DNA of 64,000 bases from Armatimonadota bacterium (GTDB lineage: Bacteria > Armatimonadota > UBA5829 > DSUL01), in the NCBI GenBank assembly GCA_039811685.1, contig JBDHZC010000002.1:288001-352000 (forward strand), in the 5' to 3' direction. The notes beneath the pieces are model-generated. The model saw nothing but the letters and a program-made list of their open reading frames with translations, was not told the origin of the DNA and searched no databases. The position numbers were made by a program, and so were the translations under genes. This document shows positions 20,411 to 29,503 of this stretch, in pieces (the first letter of the stretch is position 1; each line of letters opens with the position of its first letter).

Positions 20411-20968
20411 ATGAGCGACGAGAGACATTGCGCGAAAGTGGGTGAGCCTGCGCCCTGTTTCAATATGCCCAGCACCAAGAACATGGAGAAGCTCAACGAC
20501 AACGTGTCGCTTGACGACTACAAAGGGCAGTGGTTGATCCTGTTCTTCTACCCGCTGGATTTTACTTTTGTCTGCCCGACTGAAATCACAGCGCTTTCTG
20601 ACCGCTACGAGGAGTTCAAGGAGCTGGGATGCGAAGTCATTGGCTGCTCAACCGACAGCGTCTACAGCCACCGCGCCTGGATCAACACTCCCCGCAGCCA
20701 CAACGGGATTGCCGATCTGAAGTACCCGCTGGCTTCTGACATCACGAAGAGTGTCTCACGGGACTACGGCGTGCTTATTGAAAATGAGGGGATTGCCCTG
20801 CGCGGGTTGTTCATCATCGACCCCAATGGTGTCCTGCGCTACTCAGTCATTCAGGATCTGAACATCGGACGAAGCGTGGATGAGACCCTGCGCGTTCTGC
20901 AGGCGCTTCAGACGGGTGGTCTGTGCCCGAGCGACTGGAAGCCTGGAAAGGCCCTGTTGCAGGCGTAG
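20411..20968 (+). CDS. 2-Cys peroxiredoxin (AhpC/YkuU-like)
   Basis: [35 protein letters not shown]. Confidence 0.95.
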   Translation: MSDERHCAKVGEPAPCFNMPSTKNMEKLNDNVSLDDYKGQWLILFFYPLDFTFVCPTEITALSDRYEEFKELGCEVIGCSTDSVYSHRAWINTPRSHNGIADLKYPLASDITKSVSRDYGVLIENEGIALRGLFIIDPNGVLRYSVIQDLNIGRSVDETLRVLQALQTGGLCPSDWKPGKALLQA

Positions 20969-21052
20969 TGTCCTGCATTTTTCCGCGGGGAGCGCTCTTG
21001 AAGCCTCCCCCACTTTTTACTTTTCGTTTTCATTGATAGAGGAGTCGCCATC

Positions 21053-21514
21053 ATGCCTTTGAAGATCGGAGCTGACCTGCCGCCTCTTGAGGACGCGACG
21101 GAATGGATAAACGGGGAGTTGGGCTCCGGTGACCTGATTGGGGCGCCGTCTCTGGTCTATTTCTGGGCTGTTTCCTGCCACATCTGCAAAGACAATCTGC
21201 CCAAGCTGGCGCAGTGGCGTGAGAAGTACGGGGACGATCTGCAAATGGTGGGGATCCACATGCCACGCCAGGAAGAAGACATGGATGTTGAGGCGGTCCG
21301 CAAAGCCATCGCAAACTTCAGCATTCCGGACCCGATTGGCATTGACAATACGCACGAAGTCGGGGACGTCTTCGAGAACAAGTTCTGGCCAGCCTACTTC
21401 CTGTTTGACGCAGACGGCAAACTGCGGGCTCGCACTGCGGGTGACGTGGGGCTGGAGATGCTGGAAAAGAGTCTGGAAAAAGTCATGTCGGAGGCTGCGC
21501 AAAGCAGTCAGTAG
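21053..21514 (+). CDS. Thioredoxin-like redoxin (YkuV-like)
   Basis: FWAVSCHICK CxxC, IHMPRQEED, WPAYFLFD. Confidence 0.88.
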   Translation: MPLKIGADLPPLEDATEWINGELGSGDLIGAPSLVYFWAVSCHICKDNLPKLAQWREKYGDDLQMVGIHMPRQEEDMDVEAVRKAIANFSIPDPIGIDNTHEVGDVFENKFWPAYFLFDADGKLRARTAGDVGLEMLEKSLEKVMSEAAQSSQ

Positions 21515-21627
21515 TGCTTCGCAGCCTCTGAGACAAAGCTCCAGAAGTGGACATGGACTCCGGACACAGGCTAAAATCGCGCCTGCGGCACAGGCTGTTT
21601 CCTAGCGCCGCAACCGGAGAAACCGCC

Positions 21628-22671
21628 ATGCTCACGAAGCTCTCTGCTGTCCTGTTAGCCGTTTGCGCCACCCTCGCTCTGCCCCGGGGGGCGGCGGCGG
21701 ACTTTGCCAGCGGCGCCTATGCCCGCCAGCTCGGGATGGGCGGCGCAGGGCTGGCGCTGATAGACCAGGCCTCCTCTACGCAGTATCTCAACCCCGCAGC
21801 GCTTGCCTTCACGAAGAAAAAGCTTGGCTTCAATTTTCCAAGCGGCACGATCCGCTTTGACGGAGTGAGCTTCTCGACAGCCTCGGATCTGCGCCGGGCA
21901 GTTCTGGATCAGGACCAGGATGACATTATCGAAAGCGCCCGCAGAATGGCCAGACGGGAAGCCACAGTTGACGCCAGCTTCGTCTCCGGGCTCACCTTTT
22001 ACAAGGCCAATCTCGGCTATGAGGGACAGGGGCGCGTGCAGGCTACTCCAGATTCAGCGTTGATGAGCTGGGCCAATGGTCCCCAGACGACTCCTCCAAC
22101 AGGCACATCGCGTATCCGGGCGGCCTCTGTTGTCTCCGCGCCGTCAATCGCTGTCGGCAGCAACGTTCCCTGGTACAAAGGCGGACGGCTGGCGGTAGGC
22201 GCGCGAGTGCGTTTTCAGCAGCTTTCGGGGCAAACCCGGGAAGTGACCTTTGACAACGGAAATGCGAGCGTGGCCGACCTTGCCAGCGAACACAGAAACG
22301 GTGTCGCGGCCGATGTCGGCTTTGTCCTGCGACCACAGGAAAACAAAGGCATTGCGTACGGCCTTGTCGTCAATGACCTGATTCACCCGCACTTTCAGTC
22401 GTACGAGCAAAGGACGATGATCAGCGGAGGTATCGCGAAGCATTTCCGACCCGGACTGGTCGCGGCTGCGGACGCTGTGAACATCACCAATGCGTACGGC
22501 GACGGCGTGGATCTGCGGGCTGGCATTGAATACAAGCCCCTCAAGTTTTTTGCCCTCAGGACAGGGTTGTCCACCCACCGCGGATGGACGGTCGGTGTGC
22601 AGTTGGCGGGGTTCAACTTCGCGTGGGCTGCTGACGCTCCGATGGTGCTGTCTCAGACACTGCGGTTCTAG
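21628..22671 (+). CDS. Probable outer-membrane beta-barrel protein (FadL/TraF/PorV-like N-terminus)
   Basis: Signal peptide; ARQLGMGGAGLA...YLNPAALA; alternating beta-strands; terminal Phe. Confidence 0.65.
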   Translation: MLTKLSAVLLAVCATLALPRGAAADFASGAYARQLGMGGAGLALIDQASSTQYLNPAALAFTKKKLGFNFPSGTIRFDGVSFSTASDLRRAVLDQDQDDIIESARRMARREATVDASFVSGLTFYKANLGYEGQGRVQATPDSALMSWANGPQTTPPTGTSRIRAASVVSAPSIAVGSNVPWYKGGRLAVGARVRFQQLSGQTREVTFDNGNASVADLASEHRNGVAADVGFVLRPQENKGIAYGLVVNDLIHPHFQSYEQRTMISGGIAKHFRPGLVAAADAVNITNAYGDGVDLRAGIEYKPLKFFALRTGLSTHRGWTVGVQLAGFNFAWAADAPMVLSQTLRF

Positions 22672-22768
22672 CGCGGCAGACTGCGCGCATCCGGTTCAGG
22701 TAGAATAGTAGGCACAGACACACTCTCGCAGATCTGATTTCAGAATCTGAGAATGGAGCCTTCAGCGC

Positions 22769-23533
22769 GTGGCTCTTTACCGCGCAAACGCAATCGTCCT
22801 GAGACGCCGCAGCTTTGAAGAAACTGACAAGCTGCTGGTGCTCTACACCCGCGAATACGGCAAGCTCTCCGCCGTAGCCAAAGGAGCGCGCCGCTCCCAA
22901 AGCCGCCTGGTAGGCGCGACGGAGCCACTCGTATATGCCCGGATGCAGCTCGCCGAGGGACGCAACCTGGATATTGTCAGCGAGGCCACTCCGCGCCACT
23001 CTTTCTCCGGGATTCGCTCCTCCCAGCGCAAAATCGAGTACGGTCTCTACCTTCTGGAGTTGACGGAGGCTCTGGTGGAGGAGCGCCAGCCTTCACACGA
23101 GCTGTTTGACCTGCTCCTGTCGTCGCTTTATCTGCTGGAGTCTCGCTCGTCGCTCAGCGCAGTTGTCCGCCGCTTCGAGCTTCAAGCGCTGGACGCTGTT
23201 GGATACACTCCGGAAATGGACAGGTGCGTGGTGTGCCAGGCCCGGCGTCCACCGGCGCGCGCAGCGGCGTTTTCCGCCTCTCACGGGGGAATTGTTTGCA
23301 CACGTTGCCGGGCGGGCGTTGAGGACGTTGTCCTGGCCTCCGGCGCTGTGCTGGACGGGATGAAGTCTCTTGCCCGGCTTCCAGCGCATCAGGTAGGCGC
23401 ACTTGATCTCACGGTTGAAAACTTGCGTGACGTGGCGAAGCTGACTCGCAAACACATCAGCTTTCACGTTGGGCGCGATCTCAAGGCCGGCAGCGTTGTT
23501 GCGACCTCTGAAGCCCACCCCTCAGCGGATTGA
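22769..23533 (+). CDS. recO: DNA repair protein RecO
   Basis: IVLRRR.FEETDK...GKLSAVAKGARR; CxxC...CxxC zinc motif. Confidence 0.93.
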   Translation: MALYRANAIVLRRRSFEETDKLLVLYTREYGKLSAVAKGARRSQSRLVGATEPLVYARMQLAEGRNLDIVSEATPRHSFSGIRSSQRKIEYGLYLLELTEALVEERQPSHELFDLLLSSLYLLESRSSLSAVVRRFELQALDAVGYTPEMDRCVVCQARRPPARAAAFSASHGGIVCTRCRAGVEDVVLASGAVLDGMKSLARLPAHQVGALDLTVENLRDVAKLTRKHISFHVGRDLKAGSVVATSEAHPSAD

Positions 23534-23562
23534 GCGCCGGAGCGGACTCCAGATTTAGCGCT

Positions 23563-25365
23563 CTACCGGGTCTCCACAATCTCATAGGGTGGGACCGAAA
23601 CCCTCTTGCCGCTTAGCGCAACTTCTACTGCGCCTTCTGTCGTGTTGAACAGCAGCGCACTTCTACCGCGATGTGTCACCCAGACGCCATCTCTGGGGTC
23701 AGCATCCGGCAGCAATCCAGCCAGAAGATCGGCAGTTGTGGTGGAATCCTGACTCACGGCGACGGTGTGCGCTGCGCCCGGGTCCCACGGCTTTCCCTCA
23801 ACGCTTTGCACGCGGATATCCCGCATAATCACTGCTCCACCAGCTTTCTGCCATGCGCTGATCCTCTCCAGCGTGTCCTTCTCTACAATGTCCGCTTGAA
23901 CGACAATAAGCGTCTTGTAGCGCTTCAGCGCTCCATCCTGAATCAGCAACTCATCCAGCACATCGTAGTCCACCCGGTCACGCAGAGCATCCGCCACTCT
24001 CACCGTGAAAGACAGATCACCACCCAGCCGGTAGAAAGTGGTGGGCATCAAGATTGCGACCGAGGTGCCGGACGGCTGGCCGGTGTAGAGATGAACGTAC
24101 TTGCGAATGTCTTCAGCGTGCTGATCAAATTCGTACGTAAACAGCTGAGACGCGCCGCAGGAAGCGTCCGAAAACATCCGCCGCACGAAGCTGTTCCGGT
24201 CCAGACCTCCGGCTGGCTCAGTGGAGAGCCGGACGCCGTAGAAGTTGTACGCCGTCGCCAGCCACTTATCCCCAAAGTATGCGCCGTGACAGTCGGCGGG
24301 CTGCAGGACGATGCCGTAGGGCGCGGCCATTTTCGCGTAGCCGGGAGAGTAAGTGCCCCAGGCGATCGGGTTCACCCCACCGGCCGTACCGCCGGGCTTG
24401 GTGCGAACCTTTTCCGCAGGAAAGTACTTCAGAACTGTCTTGATGGACTGTTCTGTGAAGTCAATGATCGCCTGGTGATACCAGGTGATGAAATCCAGCC
24501 AGCGACGCCGCTGTTGCGCCGCGGCGAAAGCGCCAGGGTCTGCAACAAAACCCACCTTGCGCGAGGCGCCGTTGATACTTGGTTTATCTTGCTCGGCTGC
24601 AACTGGTTTGGCTATCTGCTCGGGAAACTCCAGCGCGGCAAAGCTGCGATAGGAGACGCCCCAGGCTTCGTTCAGACTCTCGACCGTGTGGTACTTGCGG
24701 CGCATGGCCTCACGAAAAGCCCGAACCGCATAGACATCCGCACACCAGTACCCCTCGTGGCAGTGGCCGATATTGACCCAGTCCGGGACATTGAGAGGGT
24801 AGTTTCCTTCCCCGTATGGGCCCAGAATGCACGCGTAAATACCGTCAATGCGCGAGCCAAAATGCTCCGCCAGCGCTTTGTAGAAGCGGTCGTACCAGCG
24901 GATGGTCTGAGGGTCGAAAATCGAGAGGTAGTTGGTCTCCTGGCGGTGCTCCAGGCACTTCATCAGCGTGCGCGGCTGAGACGCGTCACCGGGACCTGAC
25001 TCCCGCAGCCAGACGGGAGGAAAATGAGCCCAGTTGTAAACGACGTACTTCAGGCCTGCTCCGTGCAAAGCCTTCTCCACCGTATCGTGTTGAGAGAAAT
25101 CCCACGTTCCCTCGTCGCGCTCCACAGCTCCCCAGGCGATGTAGTCTTCGTAAGCTACCAGACCGGCCTCTTTCATCTTCTTGAGAGCCTCAACAGTCGG
25201 AGGCGGCTCGATGAAATTCGGCTGTGGGCGGGCGCCGATAGGTGAATGCAGAATGTAGAAAACGCTCAAGTTCCCGGTGGAGACGTTCCACTTCGATCCG
25301 TCAAACGCATGCGCCGCACAACTCAACAGCGTAAGAACGGCTGCGAGGATCAGAGCTTCTTTCAC
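23563..25365 (-). CDS. Secreted glycoside hydrolase, GH14/GH42-like
   Basis: Signal peptide after GTG 25365; WGAVE..GTWDFS, LGPYGEGNYP, KYHTVESLNEAWG, C-terminal GH42-trimerisation-like segment. Confidence 0.7.
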   Translation of the reverse strand: MKEALILAAVLTLLSCAAHAFDGSKWNVSTGNLSVFYILHSPIGARPQPNFIEPPPTVEALKKMKEAGLVAYEDYIAWGAVERDEGTWDFSQHDTVEKALHGAGLKYVVYNWAHFPPVWLRESGPGDASQPRTLMKCLEHRQETNYLSIFDPQTIRWYDRFYKALAEHFGSRIDGIYACILGPYGEGNYPLNVPDWVNIGHCHEGYWCADVYAVRAFREAMRRKYHTVESLNEAWGVSYRSFAALEFPEQIAKPVAAEQDKPSINGASRKVGFVADPGAFAAAQQRRRWLDFITWYHQAIIDFTEQSIKTVLKYFPAEKVRTKPGGTAGGVNPIAWGTYSPGYAKMAAPYGIVLQPADCHGAYFGDKWLATAYNFYGVRLSTEPAGGLDRNSFVRRMFSDASCGASQLFTYEFDQHAEDIRKYVHLYTGQPSGTSVAILMPTTFYRLGGDLSFTVRVADALRDRVDYDVLDELLIQDGALKRYKTLIVVQADIVEKDTLERISAWQKAGGAVIMRDIRVQSVEGKPWDPGAAHTVAVSQDSTTTADLLAGLLPDADPRDGVWVTHRGRSALLFNTTEGAVEVALSGKRVSVPPYEIVETR

Positions 25366-25421
25366 AATGGAACCTCTTTCACTTCCAGACACACCACACC
25401 TCAGAAGCTGCAGGCAACCGC

Positions 25422-28178
25422 TCAATCAAACTGCGTCCGTGTAATGACGAGGCTCTGCCCTCCACGCAACTCCACCCGCACATCTCCGGCTGCGTGCGAC
25501 ACCGGCCAGCGCACGGTTTTTGAGCCTCCGGCCGGAATGGTGGCCGCGCTTCCAGCCTCTGTATGATCCAGCAGCAAACGGAGGCTTTCAGAGCGCCTGG
25601 AGACGTTGCGCACCGTTGCAGAAAACGAACTGACCGGGCTGGGAAGTCTGCCAAAGAAGACTCCCCACGCTTCGGCCTTCGGGTCCGGAATTGGGCGCAG
25701 CCAGCCGTTACTTGTGAAGTGGTAGGTCCCGACGAGCGTGACACCGTCAATGCGGTGATCGCTTGCCAGACGCCCCTTGCTGGAGCCGTCGTGAGCGTAC
25801 GTCGGCGAGTAGGGCAGGAATCCTTGAAGGTTGGTTACTAGCGCACCTTCGCGAAAAGCGCTCAAGCCCCACTGAATGGGCTGCGACAAATCCAGCGACC
25901 CAGGGTCTGCATCGCCTAGCGCATACTCAATAAGATTGGCAAGCAGTTGTGAAGCTGCAGGGTCGAATCCGGCGCGATCTGCGCAGGCGAACTGGCTCAA
26001 CAGCACACTGCCACGCCCCTCATATATCTCCATCAGCGCCGCGCTCGTGAGCATCTGATCAGTCGCCGCCCAGACGCGCGTTGATCGCAAATCTTCCAGC
26101 TTCGTCAGCCGAAGGATTGAGCGGACAGGAAAGACATCCGGCACTTTGTTTTCGGAAACACCGGTCTGGTTCCAGAGGCGCAAATCGTCGTTCGTGAGTG
26201 TTTTCCACAGCGCTGCGTTGTCACCCGTCTGCTGAATATATGTGAAGCCTTTGTTGGCGCTCATATCCACGCTGCACGGCAGCCACTTACTGGTCCATAT
26301 CTCGGGGGACTGGCGCAGACAGACAATGCGGCCCCCACGCCTGAGAAACTCAACGACCTGTCCGGAGTCCGGCACTGATGTCCCGAGCGCATCCTCTCCA
26401 AGAACAAGCACGCCGGTCTCCGGCAGCTTTGTCAGGGAAGACACCTCCCGCGCCGCGATGCCCAGCGAAGCCAGGGCTTTCTTTGTCTTGCCGGACGGAT
26501 CGTACAGGGACAGGGCGCGGGTTCGGGAGAGAGCTTGCGTGGGCTGTGGGCGTGAATAGACCCGCACGGTAAATTCGTTGCCGGAGATGCTTTTCCCGTC
26601 GCGCGACAGAACGCAGCTTACCCTGTACTCACCAGGGCGCAGATTTTCGGGAAGCGCAACAGAGGCATCAAGAATCCGGTTGGAATAGTACGGGACGGAC
26701 GGCGCAGACATTGTGACAGGCTCTGTGATTTCATTTCCGCCTGAATCCGTGACAAAAGTGGAGACGCTGGCCGCTTCCAGCGTGCGGCCGTCGTCATCGT
26801 CATTGACAATGTGCAGGCGCAGGCGCAGTGTCGCGCCCGGGGAGAGGTTACGCGTCCAGCACTCCGGACTGATCAAGACGGGCTGGAATGCCACACGCAG
26901 GGCGTCGAACGCCGGTTTCTGGATGATGTCCCGCGGGTCCGTCGCGTGGGAGAGGCCGAGAAAGTATGTGAACGGCATCGTACTGGCTACGCCTGGATCG
27001 CTGTCCGTACGAAAGCGCCGCGTAATCTCCACAACCTGCTTCACCAACTCTGCCTGATACTCCATCGCCGCTCTGCGCGGATCGGGCTGCGCGCCCACCC
27101 AGCCGATCATGGTGCTGAGCTGCTTGGACATGGTAAGGAAGTCCCCGGCGTCAGAGGTGTACGCGCCGACGCACTCAGAGATCGTGAAAGGCTCCTTGAG
27201 TCTGCGAGCGGATTGGATCCACGTGCCCAGATCGTACCAATCCACCATTGTGCGCGAATACCATCCGGCGTAACGGTGAATGTCGAACACACCACCCGAG
27301 GGAAGCCCTTCCCCAAAGCCTGCGTTCGCGATTATCGGACGAGTCGGATCGAGTCCCTGGACGTCCTTCTGAATTTTCTCAAGAAATGGCAGATAGAGGC
27401 TCTTCTGATACGTTCTGGGAGAAGCGACTTCGTTGGTGAGGACGTAGATGACGACGCTTGGATGGTTGGCCAGATCGGCAAAAATCCGCCGGTACGCCGG
27501 AATAGCGGACGTAAGCGGCGGAGGGATGTCTCCACCCGTGTGAATTTCTGAGCTGCTCTTGCGCCCACCCGGCGCGCCGCCGTAGTTGCCCTGAAACACC
27601 AGCATCCCCAGCTCGTCACATGCATTCAGCCAGTCTTCTCCATCAGTGCGGATAAGATTTACATTGTGACTTTTCAGCAGGCGGATATAGCCGTCAATGT
27701 AGTTGCGGTCGTGATTGACACTTGCGGGCTCACCGCGCCCTGGCGGATTAATCGGCATCCCTCTAAGGTACAGCGCGCGCCCGTTCAGAAAAAAACTGCC
27801 ACCCCGAGCTTCGAATTTGCGAAATCCGATGCGCGCAGATCCGAGCGTATCAGAACCTCTGAAGATCGAGACCGTGTAAAGCTCCGGAGCGCTCGGCCAC
27901 CAGAGCTTCGGTTTGAGATTGGTAAGTGTCAGCATGCGGTGACCCTGGGCATCAGAGCGCATGTCGGCGACTGAAAATGTGCCACTGGTCAGCCGAGCGC
28001 CATCTGGCCAATGCGCGATAGTGTAGCGCAGAGGCTCGCCAGAGGCAGGCATCGCAGGGGCATTCAATAACTTCAGTGTCAGAGTATCTGTGGAAGGAAG
28101 CGCCAGAAACGCTGGGGACGCAGAAGTGTAAGCGGCGCTCAACGCCAGTATCAAAGCACTCAGAAAACGCACTATCAT
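25422..28178 (-). CDS. Secreted GH2-family glycoside hydrolase
   Basis: PKLWWP..PELY, IGFRKFE..FFLNG..LYLRG, CDELGMLV, NHPSVVIYVLTNE, FTISEC. Confidence 0.85.
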   Translation of the reverse strand: MIVRFLSALILALSAAYTSASPAFLALPSTDTLTLKLLNAPAMPASGEPLRYTIAHWPDGARLTSGTFSVADMRSDAQGHRMLTLTNLKPKLWWPSAPELYTVSIFRGSDTLGSARIGFRKFEARGGSFFLNGRALYLRGMPINPPGRGEPASVNHDRNYIDGYIRLLKSHNVNLIRTDGEDWLNACDELGMLVFQGNYGGAPGGRKSSSEIHTGGDIPPPLTSAIPAYRRIFADLANHPSVVIYVLTNEVASPRTYQKSLYLPFLEKIQKDVQGLDPTRPIIANAGFGEGLPSGGVFDIHRYAGWYSRTMVDWYDLGTWIQSARRLKEPFTISECVGAYTSDAGDFLTMSKQLSTMIGWVGAQPDPRRAAMEYQAELVKQVVEITRRFRTDSDPGVASTMPFTYFLGLSHATDPRDIIQKPAFDALRVAFQPVLISPECWTRNLSPGATLRLRLHIVNDDDDGRTLEAASVSTFVTDSGGNEITEPVTMSAPSVPYYSNRILDASVALPENLRPGEYRVSCVLSRDGKSISGNEFTVRVYSRPQPTQALSRTRALSLYDPSGKTKKALASLGIAAREVSSLTKLPETGVLVLGEDALGTSVPDSGQVVEFLRRGGRIVCLRQSPEIWTSKWLPCSVDMSANKGFTYIQQTGDNAALWKTLTNDDLRLWNQTGVSENKVPDVFPVRSILRLTKLEDLRSTRVWAATDQMLTSAALMEIYEGRGSVLLSQFACADRAGFDPAASQLLANLIEYALGDADPGSLDLSQPIQWGLSAFREGALVTNLQGFLPYSPTYAHDGSSKGRLASDHRIDGVTLVGTYHFTSNGWLRPIPDPKAEAWGVFFGRLPSPVSSFSATVRNVSRRSESLRLLLDHTEAGSAATIPAGGSKTVRWPVSHAAGDVRVELRGGQSLVITRTQFD

Positions 28179-29476
28179 TGCGCCACCTCTTCAGATGAGC
28201 TCTTGCCCCGGACGGCCAGCCACGTAATCAGCGCGCCGGTCGGATGCAGAAGACCCACTATTGTGAACACCGGAAAATAGCCGAACTTGTCAATCACGCC
28301 GCCTACGTAGGCCTCACTGAGGACCCCGCCAAACACCCCCGCCATGCCGGTGAGCCCATACGCTGATGCGACGATCCTCTTCGGAAAGATGTCTGTCGGG
28401 AATGTCAGCAGGCTTGCCGACCAGCTCTGGTGCGCGAAGGCAGCGACACTCAGGCACAGAAGCGCAATCCGCCAGTCCTTCGTATGGACGACGACGATCG
28501 CCACCGGCATCAAAGCAGCCGACAGAGCCATGCCGAGCTTGCGGGCGCGCACGACATTGCCCGTAGTCCTCACAAAGAACGACGACACCGCGCCGCCAAA
28601 AAGACTCCCGAAGTCTGACATGACGAACGGAATCCAGGTGAAAATCGCAATTTTCTTGACGTCGAAATCGTAAACGTCTTTGAAGTACTTGGGAATCCAG
28701 AAGGAGAAAAACAGCCAGGCCGGATCGGCCAGAAACCGCGCGAACATCAACACCCAGAGGTCTCGCCGGACGATCGCCTCTTTCCAGGAACCTTCCGCAA
28801 TCGGTGCGCCAACAACTTCCTTCACCGCGGCAGGTTGCCCCTCGCGGATATAGGCGAGCTCTTCAGGGGTTATTCTGGGATGACGCTCAGGAGTATAGGA
28901 CAGAGCCAACCACGGAATAAGCCACAGGAACCCGATCAGTCCCGTGAAAATGAACGCCTCACGCCAGCCGGCGTGGTAGATAATGAGGCCGACCACCGGC
29001 ATCGCCAGAGCGCCACCAATACCGGCCCCCATGTTGAAAATACCGGTGGCAAGCGCGCGTTCTTTCGCCGGAAACCACTCGCCAACGGTCTTGACAGCGC
29101 CGGGGAAGTTGGCCGCCTCTCCCAGCCCCAGTGTAAATCGGAATACTTTCAGACTGAGGGCTCCTCGAGACAGAGCATGAAGCATGCTGGCAACCGACCA
29201 CCAGATAAACGCAAAGGTAAGGCCCTTGCGAGAGCCTAAGCGGTCAATAATGCGGCCCATAATCGGGTGCATAATGCCGTAGGCAATGAGGAAGAACGTG
29301 ACAATGTGACCGTAGTCCGCGTTCGTGAGATGGAACTCGTCCTCAATGACAGTCTGCGCCACTGCCAGCGCGTTGCGATCCAGATAGTTGATGATGGTCA
29401 TCAAGGTCAACAGCGCCACGATGATCCATCTCAAATGCGGGATTTTCTTCAAACGACCACTCCTTGCTGCCTGCAC
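28175..29476 (-). CDS. MFS transporter, ExuT-like (hexuronate/sugar acid) family
   Basis: RWIIVALL..INYLDRN, LGLGEAANFPGAVK..EWFP..ERALATGIFN, FWIPKYF. Confidence 0.9.
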   Translation of the reverse strand: MQAARSGRLKKIPHLRWIIVALLTLMTIINYLDRNALAVAQTVIEDEFHLTNADYGHIVTFFLIAYGIMHPIMGRIIDRLGSRKGLTFAFIWWSVASMLHALSRGALSLKVFRFTLGLGEAANFPGAVKTVGEWFPAKERALATGIFNMGAGIGGALAMPVVGLIIYHAGWREAFIFTGLIGFLWLIPWLALSYTPERHPRITPEELAYIREGQPAAVKEVVGAPIAEGSWKEAIVRRDLWVLMFARFLADPAWLFFSFWIPKYFKDVYDFDVKKIAIFTWIPFVMSDFGSLFGGAVSSFFVRTTGNVVRARKLGMALSAALMPVAIVVVHTKDWRIALLCLSVAAFAHQSWSASLLTFPTDIFPKRIVASAYGLTGMAGVFGGVLSEAYVGGVIDKFGYFPVFTIVGLLHPTGALITWLAVRGKSSSEEVAQ

Positions 29477-29503
29477 CAGGCCGCGATTGCCCCAGCGCCT
29501 AAG

